In this document: positions 27,192 to 38,647 of the stretch, one piece after another
Position numbering within the stretch: the first letter of the stretch is position 1
Layout: each line of letters opens with the position of its first letter
Assembly (NCBI GenBank): GCA_000004695.1
Contig: CM000151.3
Span: 2,080,001 to 2,144,000, forward strand
Direction of reading: 5' to 3'
Origin: Dictyostelium discoideum
Taxonomy: Eukaryota
DNA: 64,000 nucleotides
Program-made: the position numbers and the translations under genes
Notes under the pieces: generated by a model
Database searches by the model: none
Told to the model about the DNA's origin: nothing
Seen by the model: only the letters and a program-made list of their open reading frames with translations

Positions 27192-27628
27192 CATTGTATC
27201 AGATCTGTTTTAAGATCTTTAATTTTTTGGGAAAAATTTTTCTGGTGGTCTAAATAGATGTAAATTAACATCGATTGCGTTTTCCTCATCATCTTTACTC
27301 CATGTGCCTTTAGATTCAGGAATATCATATTCTTCTCCGTCGAATTCAATTTTACCTGATTTTATTTGAAATTCATTTTTGTCCCAAAGTTTACCTTCAG
27401 TTTGGTATTGGGTAAAACGGAAAATATATATTGGAGGAAATATTAAGGGAGCTGGTAATGGATGACCTATATTTTTAAAAAGAGCCAGAATGAAATGAAA
27501 TGATATGTTAGATTTTTAAATATATATAAATAAAATTAAATATTTAGAAATTAATTATTCCAATTACCTTTACCGCTTATTGTTGATTCCCCATCTTCAT
27601 TAACTAATGTAATTTTCAAATCAACCAT
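27192..27628 (-). pseudogene. Copy 3 of the small protein family, disrupted by a +1 frameshift in exon 2. Exon 1 is 27568..27628; exon 2 starts at 27467.
   Basis: Exon 1 reads [20 protein letters not shown] and is intact. Relative to copy 2, exon 2 has one extra nt in an (AT)n run (ccaatatatattttcccg versus ccaatatattgtttctg). In the frame set by the splice junction this gives [23 protein letters not shown]. The rest ([41 protein letters not shown]...) is conserved but in the +1 frame. Confidence 0.55.
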
Positions 27629-28056
27629 TTTAAAATTTATTATTATTATTTATTTATTTTTAAGAGTAATTATATTTAAATTGAATGAGGAAAAAAAATT
27701 TTATTAAATAATTAAAAAAAAAAAATAAAAAGAAAAAAATAAAAAATAAAAAAAAAAGAAAAAAAAAATTAATTGTTTTATTTTAATAATAAATTATTGT
27801 AATTTATATCTCACTTGTATCCCCATTAAAAAAAAAAATAATAAATAAAACAAAATAAAATGACAATCATCTTCACCCCTCCCCCACAATCAAAACAGTT
27901 TTTTTTTTTTTATCATTCCACCATTTTTTTATAAACAGTTTAAATTAAAGGTTTTATTATTATTTATAAAAAGGTTTATTCTATGTCAAAATGGTGTAAT
28001 GATAAAAAAAAAAAACTGTATTTCCCAAATTAATTTTTTTTTTTTTTTTTTTTTTG

Positions 28057-28072
28057 AATTGGCGCCCAAATT
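28057..28072. promoter_or_regulatory. E2F-like palindromic element AATTGGCGCCCAAATT, about 95 bp upstream of the CTF18 ATG.
   Basis: TTGGCGC core (E2F consensus TTTSGCGC). It is very improbable by chance in about 80% AT DNA, and the same core recurs upstream of MCM6. Confidence 0.45.
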
Positions 28073-28162
28073 AAAAAATAAAGTCTTTTTTTTTTTTTTT
28101 TTTTTTTTTTATTCAACTTTATTTTTTCAAATGTTGTAATAGATACAACAAATAATAAAAAC

Positions 28163-28309
28163 ATGTTAGGTACAAAAAGAAACTTAAGTGATACAAATGA
28201 TATAATTAATGATGAGAATGTAGATAATAATAGTAATGATAATAGCAATAAAAGATTCAAAACAAATTCGATCTCATTTGAAAAGAAATCGAATCCACCA
28301 TCATTATCG

Positions 28310-28353
<44 letters not shown>

Positions 28354-28886
28354 AACATCAACAATACCATTAGGATCACAAAAGCGTATAAATATTACAT
28401 CATTTTCAGGTCACAGAATTACTAGAGTAGTAAAATCTCAAAATAGTGAGAATATTTCAACCTCTTTATCAAAATCAAATATATTATTTAACGATTTATT
28501 AAAGAAACCAATTAATGAAATTTTAGAAGAGATAGAGAATATTGTAAAATATTTTTATTAATATATTTATATTTATATATTATAGTAATAATAATAATTA
28601 TAATAATTATAATACTAATATTTTATTTCTCAGGAATCATTAAAATTAAAATCAGAATTAATTAAAAATTCAAATTCATTAACGCCAACCAAATCAAAAG
28701 GAGTTAGTGAAGAGATAGTAAAGAATAAAGACAATAGATTATGGGTAGATAAATATGCACCAACATCATTTCATGATTTACTTAGTGATACAACTATGAA
28801 TTTAGAAGTACTAAATTGGTTAGAATTATGGGATCATATTGTATTTGATAAACCGTTATCAAAAAATTTAATAATGCCTTCAACTT

Positions 28887-28959
<73 letters not shown>

Positions 28960-29430
28960 TAGTAGTAGTACAGGTGGTGGATATTTTAATAAATTTAATA
29001 GTAAATTTACAACAAGTAGTAATAGTAATCAACAACATCAAAACCAAGGTCAATATTTATTACAAGAGGATGGAACACCAATTGCAAAGATTATACTTTT
29101 AACAGGTGGACCAGGTTTAGGTAAAACCACATTAGCACATGTACTCGCTAAACAAGCCAATTATAATCCAGTGGAAATCAATGCAAGTGAAGATAGATCA
29201 GGTGAAGCATTTGAAAGTAAATTATTATCAGCAATTGAAATGAAATCATTATTCAATGATAATAAACCAAATTGTTTAATTATTGATGAAATTGATGGTA
29301 TTTCAGGTCGTGATAATGGTCCAATTGAATTATTAATTAAATTAATTGATAATAGTTTAAAATTAGGTAATCATAAAAAGTCAACTACAAACCCAGCCGC
29401 TAAAAAATCAGCTGGAAAAGATACAGAATC

Positions 29431-29470
<40 letters not shown>

Positions 29471-31066
29471 CATGAAGACCAAGATGAAGATGATGAAAAA
29501 TCAACAAAAACCAAAGGTAAAAAAGGTAAAAAGAAAGGATTTACAACAAGATTACTTAGACCAATCATTTGTATTTGTAATGATCAATATGTACCATCAT
29601 TAAGAAAACTTAGACAAAAAGCAATGGTATTTGATTTTCAAGCACCAAAGAAAAATGATTTATTATCAAGATTAAAGGTAATTTGTTCAAACGAAGGATT
29701 ATCAGCAACTGATGCAACTTTGAATGCATTAATCGATATGACAGGTAGTGATATTCGTGCGTGTATCAACTCTTTACAATTTATTAAATCAAAAACTACT
29801 GTATTAAATTCAGAATTATTAAAGAATAAATCAAATATTGTAATTGGTCAAAAAGATATGGAAAAAGGTTTAGTTGAAATTTGGAATAATATTTTTAAAA
29901 GTTCAAGTATTACAAGTTCAACTAATAAATTATCAAAATATTCAAATACTATATCATCATCGTCATCATCAATTGATTCTATTAATAGTATTAGTAATGA
30001 TTATTTAAATCAATTAGATTTTCAAATTGGTGCATGTAATCAAGTTGATAAATTAATTGATGGTGTTTATGAAAATTATTTAACAAATATGTCAAGTGAT
30101 TATACAATGCAGAAAACAATGGATTGTTTGGATTGGATGGTATTTGGTGATCAAATGTTAAATGTTCATGCTGATGAAAAGTATCGTTCTCTAGTTCCAT
30201 TGGCAATTCATCAACGTTGTTCAACTTATTCACCAAAGATACAATTACCTCATTCCGATTATGATAATTTCATTAAAAAGAAATCAAACTCAAATATTAA
30301 AGATTCCTTTTACTCAGATTTACCAGCCACAATCTATTCTTATCTTACAAAGAAATGCTTTGTCATTGATTTCATTTACCCATTTGTTGATATACTTTCC
30401 TTACCAGTACGTGTTACAAATGTTCAATTGTATAGCCAAACAGAGAAAACCAATTTAAATCGTTTGGTTGAAATTATGAAATTCTATAGATTATCTTATA
30501 AGTTGGAAAAAGTAAATAATTTTATCAAACAACAACATCAACCACAAAAAAAATTAGTTGATAGTCTGGATGAAAAAGATGATGAAGAATTACAACGTAA
30601 TAAAAAACAACAAAATCAACAAACTCAAGATATAACAATGCAATATAAATTGGAACCACCTATTGATACTTTATTATATTTTCAAAATCAAAATCCAAAA
30701 ACTATGGTAAAACATATTCGATTATCTCATAGTCAAAAACAAATTATTTCTACAGCTGTACAACAATATAAACCACCTCAAAAATCAACTACTACCACCG
30801 CCACCGACACCACCACTACTGTTAAAAATGATGAAAATCAAAAACAAAAAGATCAATTGAAAAAACCAATACCAACAAAAGAAGAATTCAAAAAACCTTT
30901 GGTACCAACAGTTTTAAAAGATTTCTTTGGTAGAGTCATTCAAACATCACCAGAAACTAAAAAGAAAACTATGGAAGCAACAGCTGGTCCAAATATTAAA
31001 TATAGATTCCAAGAAGGTTTTACAAATGCTGTTAAGAAAACAGTGTATGTAAAAGATTTCTTGTAA
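28163..31066 (+). CDS. ctf18: Chromosome transmission fidelity protein 18 (CTF18), an RFC-like AAA+ ATPase of the alternative clamp loader. Exons 28163..28543 and 28634..31066; intron 28544..28633.
   Basis: ...DNRLWVDKYAPTSFHDLLSDTTMNLEVLNWLELWDHIVF (Ctf18 signature) ...IILLTGGPGLGKTTLAHVLAKQANYNPVEINASEDRS (Walker A) ...CLIIDEIDGI (Walker B). GTAAAA donor after ...EEIENI and TTTCTCAG acceptor, in frame with ORF 28796..31066. Confidence 0.85.
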
Positions 31067-31122
31067 AAGATATAAAAATAAAATAAAAATTAAATTATTA
31101 ACTAAATAAATATTAATTATAA

Positions 31123-31163
<41 letters not shown>

Positions 31164-31170
31164 AATTTAT

Positions 31171-33956
31171 TTATTTATCAAATGAATAATTTGGATGTAT
31201 AATTAATATTCTATGATCAGGATATTGATTTGGTACTAATACAACAAGAGAATTGTCTTTGTTTATCATTTTATTGATAACCATTTTAGTGATTTTAGTT
31301 TCTTTTGTAACTTCATCATCAGTGATTATGCCAGACTCCAATTGATCTTTAATGTACCAATCGATAAGATCAATTTGTTTTATACCAGATTTCTCTTTTC
31401 CTGATTGTTTAATTTGTAAAACTAATAATTTTGATAATTGTGAATATTTTGAAAAATTCATAGTTAATTTGCCAATACCATCATCACCATCTTCTTCAGC
31501 ATGGTTATCGTTATCATTTTCAACATTTTTGACTAAATCATCATCATCATCACCTAAAATTACATCATTTGTTTCAACATGAACTATTGATTTCTCTAAT
31601 AATCTTGCAGCTTCATTTACATATTTTGGTAAAACTTTTGTATCTAAATGTAAACGAGCCAATGATTCCGATAAACGAACTAATGATTCCAATTGTCTAA
31701 CTGTGATTCTGTATGCTGGAGTTTTTGAACCACTGGTATCCATTTGACGTAATCTATCGTAATGTCCCACCAATAGTTGTACACTTTCATCTGGAATGGT
31801 TGGACAAATGAATTTTGTATACTTTATATAGTTTTTAATTTCAGTTGCAGAGAATGGTGCGTTGAATGCTTTTTCACGTTTTTGATGAGTCAACACGATA
31901 TGCTCTGCTATTCTATGATCAGATTCTGGATTACATTCATCCAATACCACAAAGAATAAATCGAAACGTGACATTAGTGGACCACCAATATTTAAATTTT
32001 GTTTTAAAGTTTTATTACGATCATAACGACCACCAATTGGATTTGCTGCTGCTAAAATACTAGTACGAGCATTCAATGATGCATGAATACCCGCCTTTGC
32101 AATGGAAATGGTTTGTTGTTCCATTGCTTCATGAATTGCAACTTGGTCACCTGGCTCCATTTTATCAAATTCATCAATACAACAAATACCATTATCTGCC
32201 AACATCAATGCACCTGCTTCAATATTAAAATCACCACTTTCTTGATCCTTTACAACTGTTGCCGTTAAACCTGCTGCACTACTTGCTTTACCAGATGTAT
32301 AAACTGTACGTGGTAAAAATGATACTAAATACTTTAAAAATGTACTCTTTGATGTTGATGGATCACCAACAATACAAACATTAATATCACCTCTTAATCT
32401 AATCTTTTCTGGTGTTTTCTTATGTACACCACCAAATAACATTAATAATACTCCTCTTTTAACTAAAATAAATAAATTAATAAATTAATAATTTTTTAAA
32501 TAAATATCTATATAAATTATTATTATAAATTATTATTATTATACTTTACTTTCTTCATGACCAAAAATTGAAGGACAAATTGAATTTACTAAATTTTGAT
32601 AAATTTTTTTACTTTTAATCATTTTCTTTAAACTATCTTTTTCTTTTTTTGGTAAAGAATCTAAAAAGGATTCTTTTGATTCAGGTTCTAAATCTTCATC
32701 AATGATACCAACTGAATGAGAATGACCACCATGATTATCACCAGATTCTTTACGATTGATTGAGGAAAGTGTTGAAACATTTGAACGAACACTTTGAGAG
32801 AAGAAACAAACTCTATAATTCATTTCTCTAACACCTAAATCTTTTAAACCACCAACACCACCAAAATCATCCTTACCATTTGCATTTGAACCTTCCTTTG
32901 TGCTCGATGCTACACCCTTGATAATTTGAGCATTATTACCAATGGACATTTTAGAAACATCTGGAATTACATTCATCGTACCAACAAATGTACATGTATC
33001 ACCAGCTCTAGCGGTTTCAACCGAATCACCACGTAGAATGATCTCTAATGATCTTGGTACGCTACCACCTGGAATTTCGGAATTGTTTTCTTGAACTCTA
33101 ACTTTTTGCCAATCAGTGAATGTCGACTCCTCTAAATTTATCTTCCAACGACGTTGATTTGAACATAACGGATTCAAACATTTGGTTGGTTCTGTATATT
33201 TAAATTGTTGGGCTATTGGTAACGATGAGGTATTACAATCCTTACAAATGAATGACCCAATAACCAACTCTGGTCTAACCTCTGACGTTCTCGTTACTGT
33301 ACCCGATATAGAACATAATGATCCTATCCTACTTGATCTAAGTTCTCTAATATGTACAAACGTTGAAACATTATAACAACAAATTGATAATACTATCCTT
33401 TCTTTATTAACTCTCTCCATAAATGATGGAAAATATTTTTGTATAAAAATTGATAATCCTTGTCTTATCGCTGGTTCTAATCTAATATTTATATAATTTT
33501 ATAATTAATTTAAATTCAACCAATTTTTTTTTTTTTTTTTTTTTTTCCTTTTTTTTTTTTTTTTTTTAAATCATACCTAAAATATTCCATTAATAATGCT
33601 TTTCCTAAACCTTTATCAAATTTCTCTAAATGTAAGAAATCTATATATAAACTTGATTTATCATTTTTTATCATTCTTTCAACTTGTTGACGATAATAAC
33701 TTTTATCTATTTTCTCTTTTTTAATACCATTTTCGTCATATTCATTTTCATTTTCATTATTATCTTCATTATCTTCATTATTATTATTATTATTATTTTT
33801 ATCAATTTTTTTTTTTAATTTAAAATTATTTAAAAATTCTAAAAATTTATTTTTTGTCCATTCTTTTGCTTCATCTTGTACCTTTTGAAATTGATGTGTT
33901 TGATTTGGTCTTATTGTTGCTTTATCTTCATCAACTCCAGCATCTGTATATATCAT
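31171..33956 (-). CDS. mcm6: DNA replication licensing factor MCM6. Exons 33577..33956, 32550..33481 and 31171..32462; introns 33482..33576 and 32463..32549.
   Basis: The N-terminus is ...FQKVQDEAKEWTKNKFLEFL...LLMEYF. It continues RLEPAIRQGLSIF..., the zinc finger CKDC...CLNPLC, ...IFGHEE | IKRGVLLMLFGGVHKK, Walker A GDPSTSKS, IDEFDKM, and an arginine finger SRFDLFF. The C-terminus VLPKYVNEAARLLEKSIVHVE...HPNYSFDK matches MCM6-specific tails. Donors GTATGA and GTAAAG, phases consistent. Confidence 0.9.
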
Positions 33957-34073
33957 CTTTTAATTTATTTATTATTATTTGTAAACAAAAATCTAATGCT
34001 CAAAAAATGAAAAAAAAAAAAAAGTTTGAAAAAGAAAAAATAAAAAAAAATAAAAAATAAAAAATAAAAAAAA

Positions 34074-34084
34074 AAATTGGCGCA
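34074..34084. promoter_or_regulatory. E2F-like element AATTGGCGCAC, about 120 bp upstream of the MCM6 ATG (minus-strand gene).
   Basis: TTGGCGC core at 34077..34083, followed by a second CG-containing stretch TTTCGACGC. It sits in otherwise A-only sequence. Confidence 0.45.
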
Positions 34085-34191
34085 CTTTTTCGACGCTATT
34101 TTCTTAGAAAAGTGTTAATCTAAATTTTAAACGATAATGATAAACTAATAAACTAATAAATTGGATTTTTTTTTTTTATATACAAGAATAA

Positions 34192-34860
34192 TTAATTAAG
34201 ATTTATTATTTGCTGATTTAATTGTTGAATTTGTAATTTAAGATGTTGAATTTGTAAAAATAATTGTTGATAATAATTTCGTATTGGAATACTATTATTA
34301 CTATCGTTATTATTTTTATTATTATTGTTGTTGTTATCATTATTATTATTCTTGGTAATATCTAATAAATTTATATATTGAGTTGTTTGAATTGTATGCA
34401 TTTCTTTTGAAATGGATTTAATTTGATTTTCTTTTACTAAAATTATATGTTTAGTATTCACTCTTTTTATAAAATTATTATATTGAGATGGTAACTTTAT
34501 GTGATTTGGTAATTGATGAGACTTCATATGATTCAAACATTTTATATATAATGGATCATTAATATCTATTTTATTCTCTTGAAGTTCATTTAATTTCTAT
34601 TTTTTTGGAGAGAAAAAAAAAAAAAAAAAAATAATAAAAGAAATTTTTTTAAATTAATAAAAAAAAAAATATACATACATTATATCCAATACAAAATAAT
34701 TTTATAATTTCTGTATTATTTTTATTATCACTTTGTTTTTCACTATTTATTGAGTATGTTGGAATTTGTATTTTGTGTGTATTAATTTTAAAGAAAAAAA
34801 AAAAAAAAAAAAAAGTATTTTAAGTAGTAGTAAAATCTGAAAGTTTAATATTGATTTCAT
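34192..34860 (-). CDS. Copy A of a tandem three-member gene family (possible roadblock/LC7-like small protein). Exon 2 is 34192..34596; the putative exon 1 is about 34679..34860; the intron is 34597..34678.
   Basis: Exon 2 reads KLNELQENKIDINDPLYIKCLNHMKSHQLPNHIKLPSQYNNFIKRVNTKHIILVKENQIKSISKEMHTIQTTQYINLLDITKNN...QQLFLQIQHLKLQIQQLNQQIINLN*, with acceptor AAAAAATAG. Exon 1 reads ...FKINTHKIQIPTYSINSEKQSDNKNNTEIIKLFCIGYN with donor GTATGT. The only upstream ATG (34860, MKSILNFQILLLLKIL) is separated from this frame by a T21 homopolymer and is +1 out of frame. Confidence 0.5.
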
Positions 34861-35194
34861 ATATAAAAAACTTTATTTTTAATGTTTTTTTTTTTTTTTT
34901 TTTAATATTTACACAATTTTTTTTTTCAATGGAAATTTACAAAAAATAAAAAAATAAAAAAAATCTAAAAAAAAAAAAAATCTGAAAAAAAAAAACATAA
35001 ATGATGCCATTTTTTTTGAATTGTAATAAAAAAATCCAAAATCGAGATCTTTGCAAACTTAATTTTCCATTCAACATTTTTTTTTAAAATCTTTCAATAA
35101 AGACTAGCAACATCAATGACGACCACAAATTTCAATAACAACACCAATGATATTTCTTTCCACTCCCATTCCAAACCATCACAGCCGCAAAATG

Positions 35195-35213
35195 CTACCC
35201 CAACTTTCTCCAC

Positions 35214-35270
<57 letters not shown>

Positions 35271-35799
35271 ATCTTAAAAAAAAACAAATCAAAAAAAATT
35301 TTAATGTATAAGAATAATAAATAAAGATTTATTATTTGCTGATTTAATTGTTGAATTTGTAAAAATAATTGTTGGTAATAATTTCTCATTGAAATACTAC
35401 TATTATTATTATCCTTATTATTATTTGTAATATCTAATAAATCTATATATTGATTAGTTTGAATTGTATGCATTTCTTTTGAAATGGATTTAATTTGATT
35501 TTCTTTTACTAAAAGTATATGTTTAGTATTCACTCTTTTTATAAAATTATTATATTGAGATGGTAACTTTATGTGATTTGGTAATTGATGAGATTTCATA
35601 TGGTTTAAACATTTTAAATATAATGGATCATTATTGTCTATTTTAATCTCTTGAAGTTCATTTAATTTCTAAATTTATTTAAAATAAATAATTAAAAAAA
35701 AAAAAAAAAAAACAAAAAAAAAAAAAGTGTAAGTTTTTTTTGTTTTAAAAATAAAAAAAATAAATGATAGAGATATAAAGATATGGATATACATACAGT
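35195..35799 (-). CDS. Copy B of the same family. It has lost its stop codon, giving a read-through into low-complexity sequence, and carries a 24-nt internal deletion. Exon 2 is 35195..35668; the exon 1 remnant ends at 35799.
   Basis: KLNELQEIKIDNNDPLYLKCLNHMKSHQLPNHIKLPSQYNNFIKRVNTKHILLVKENQIKSISKEMHTIQTNQYIDLLDIT...QQLFLQIQQLNQQIINLY then LLFLYIKIFF... TAATTA in copies A and C is TTATTA here. Exon 1 (HKIQIPTYSIINEKQSDNKNNLEIIKLFCIGYT, donor GTATGT) has no in-frame ATG. Confidence 0.4.
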
Positions 35800-36175
35800 A
35801 TATCCAATACAAAATAATTTTATAATTTCTAAATTATTTTTATTATCGCTTTGTTTTTCATTAATAATTGAGTATGTTGGAATTTGAATTTTGTGTTAAA
35901 GTTATTTCTAAAATTTGAATATTTTAATAATGATTTGATTTTTTAAAATTACATTCTTTTATACAAAGGTTTTTTTTTTTTTTATTAATATTGTTTTTAG
36001 TAAACTAAATGACTGAAACCATAATTTAAAAAAAAAAAAAAAAAAAAAATCCAAAAATGACACCACCCAGAAAATTAAAATCTGAAAAATAATTAAAAAA
36101 AAAAAAAAAAAATCCAAAAATAAAAAAAAAAACATGGGGTTTTAAGTAAAAAAAAAACTAAAAATGTAAAATTAG

Positions 36176-36209
<34 letters not shown>

Positions 36210-36292
36210 CAAAAGGTTTTAAGTTATCGTCTTCTAGAATACAGTTTTTTTATTTTTTTTGTTTTATTATGTTTTAAAATATCTTTTTAATC

Positions 36293-36595
36293 TTAACAAC
36301 ATCTACGATGATGACGACGACCAATATCAATGTCAACATTAATTATATTTATATTTCTACCTCCACTAATACAACAACCACCACCTCCCATACAACCATC
36401 AAAACCACCATCAAAACATGCAACTGAATTATTACCAATGTTTTTACCAAAGCTACTTAAAGTTGAAATTGAACTATTGATTGACTTTGTTGGATTGGAA
36501 ATTGATGAAATTGAATCTATTAAATAAAAAAAAAAAAACTATTAGTTTTGTTTTATTAATTTTTTTTTTTTTTAAAACCAAATTTCAATTACCGA
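36293..36595 (-). CDS. hssA/2C/7E-family small Gly/Ser/Cys-rich protein. Exons 36583..36595 and 36293..36516; intron 36517..36582.
   Basis: MAIF | [74 protein letters not shown]. The MxI-SISSISN N-terminus, a 13-nt first exon with GTAATT donor, and the G/C-rich tail are typical of this Dictyostelium family. Confidence 0.65.
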
Positions 36596-37003
36596 AAATT
36601 GCCATTGTTTGATTTTAAATTATTTGTTCTTTTATTAGTTTATATTTAAAAAATAATTAATAATAAAAATTTTAAAAAAAAAAAAAAAAAACATATTTTT
36701 ATAACTTTAAAACATTTTGAATAAATTGTCTATATAAATATTTTTTAATTGAAATAAAATGAAATGTGTTAATAGAAAAGTTTTTTTTTTTTAAACTATT
36801 GAAAGGAATTTTCTGAGCCATTTAAAGTATTTTAAATATTAATTAATAAATTCAAATATTTTTAAAGCTTTTTTTTTTTTTTTGGTAATAGGAAAAAAAA
36901 AAAAAAAAGAAAAAAAAAAAAAAACAAATGAATAAAATAAATGAGTAATGATAACAATAAAAATAATAAAGAACTAATGAAAATATTTTATATACAAGAA
37001 TAA

Positions 37004-37369
37004 TTAATAAAGATTTATTATTTGATTATTTAATTGTTGAATTTGTTGTTTAAGATGTTGAATTTGTAAAAATAATTGTTGGTAATAATTTCTTATTGAA
37101 ATACCACTATTATTATCATTGTTGTTTGTGATATCTAATAAATCTATATATTGAGTTGTTTGAATTGTATGCATTTCTTTTGAAATGGATTTAATTTGAT
37201 TTTCTTTTACTAAAATTATATGTTTAGTATTCACTCTTTTTATAAAATTATTATATTGAGATGGTAACTTTATGTGATTTGGTAATTGATGAGACTTCAT
37301 ATGATCCAAACATTTTATATATAATGGATCATTAATATCTATTTTATTCTCTTGAAGTTCATTTAATTT
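37004..37369 (-). pseudogene. Copy C of the tandem family. Exon 2 (37004..37369) is intact, but the segment homologous to exon 1 of copies A and B is present in inverted orientation at about 37495..37660.
   Basis: Exon 2 reads KLNELQENKIDINDPLYIKCLDHMKSHQLPNHIKLP...QQLFLQIQHLKQQIQQLNNQIINLY* with acceptor AAAAATAG. The plus strand at 37600..37650 reads cacaaaatgcaaattccaacatacacaattattaataatgaaaaac, which is the minus-strand exon 1 sequence of copies A and B. The nearby tgtataaaagaatgtaatttt is likewise the reverse complement of copy B's attacattcttttatacaaa. Confidence 0.4.
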
Positions 37370-38090
37370 CTATTTTTATTTTAAAAAATAAAAAAATTAA
37401 AAAATAAAAAAAGTGTTAGTATTTTGTTTTTAAAAAAAAAAAAAAAATAAAAAATTAAGATACTCAAACAATTTACTGACACAAAAAAAAAAATAGCATT
37501 GTATAAAAGAATGTAATTTTTTAAAAATGAATTCATTATCAAAACATTCCCAATAGTTATTTCAAGTAATTTTTAAATTAAACTCATCAACACAAAATGC
37601 AAATTCCAACATACACAATTATTAATAATGAAAAACATTTAACTTATATCAAAAAATAAATTAAAAAAATAAAAAAAAAAAAATTTAAGGTTTAACACCA
37701 CCAAAAAAAAAAAAAAAAAAATTGTGAAAAAAAAAAAAAAAAAGATTTTTGTAGTTATCACCTTTGAAATTCTTTTTTTTTTTATTTTTTTTTAAAATAT
37801 CTTGAATCTTAATTTCCTTTTTCACACTTTTTTTTAATAAACAATTTTTTGTTTTTTTATTTTTTAATTAACATATTTGTGTGAATAATTCAATCACGAT
37901 TGCGGTAATTTCTAAAATAAAAAATTTTCACCAAATTTTTTATTTTTTTTTATTTTTTTTTTTTTTTATTTTTTTATTTTTATTTTTTTTTTTTTTTTTT
38001 ATTGTCAATTTTGATCAGTCCCTCACAAGTTCATATTTTATTTTTAAATCAAACCAATAAAATAAGAAATAAAAAAATAAAAAATAAGAA

Positions 38091-38531
38091 ATGAGTATTG
38101 GTATACCAGTTAAAATTTTACATGAAGCAGATGGACATATAGTAACAGTGGAGTTAAAAAATGGTGAACTTTATAGAGGTACATTAATAGAGAGTGAAGA
38201 TAATATGAATTGTAGAATGAAGAATATTACAGTCACAGCAAGAGATGGCAGAAACTCTCAAATGGAATATTGTTATGTTAGAGGTAGTAAAGTTCGTTTC
38301 ATCATTTTACCAGATATCTTGAAAAATGCACCAATGTTCAAGAGAATCGATGGTCGTGTAGTACTTAAAGGTAAAGCATTAGGTATTGGTAAAGGTGCAA
38401 CCTTTGAACGTGGTAATTTCAGAGGTGGCCGTGGTGGTGGTGGTGATCGTGGTGGTTTCAAAGGTGGTCGTGGCGGTGGAGGTCGTGGTGGTTCTATGAA
38501 TACTTTCCAACAAAGAAGAGGTCCACAATAA
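38091..38531 (+). CDS. snrpD3: Small nuclear ribonucleoprotein Sm D3. Single exon.
   Basis: [83 protein letters not shown]... plus a C-terminal RGG/GRG tail. It is near-identical in pattern to human SNRPD3. The symbol follows from orthology. Confidence 0.9.
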   Translation: MSIGIPVKILHEADGHIVTVELKNGELYRGTLIESEDNMNCRMKNITVTARDGRNSQMEYCYVRGSKVRFIILPDILKNAPMFKRIDGRVVLKGKALGIGKGATFERGNFRGGRGGGGDRGGFKGGRGGGGRGGSMNTFQQRRGPQ

Positions 38532-38569
38532 AATTAAAAAAAAAAAAAAAAAAAAAAAAATTAAAGTTA

Positions 38570-38574
<5 letters not shown>

Positions 38575-38646
<72 letters not shown>
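38575..38646. repeat. (TAA)n microsatellite immediately 3' of the SmD3 gene.
   Basis: about 23 tandem aat/taa units. Confidence 0.85.

Positions 38647-38647
<1 letters not shown>

Larger units (their letters stand above)
24380..28000. repeat. Segmental tandem duplication of about 1.5-1.8 kb per unit. It carries the three small-gene copies plus conserved 5'-flank blocks.
   Basis: Recurring blocks: ccaaatacatttgcatcatatatgtttct (25176, 26970, 27066); accaaaacagttttttttttt followed by ttaaattaraggttttattatt (24608, 25380, 26352, 27888); and a near-identical 3' flank ctttaccacttattgttgattccccatcttcattaa. Confidence 0.7.
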
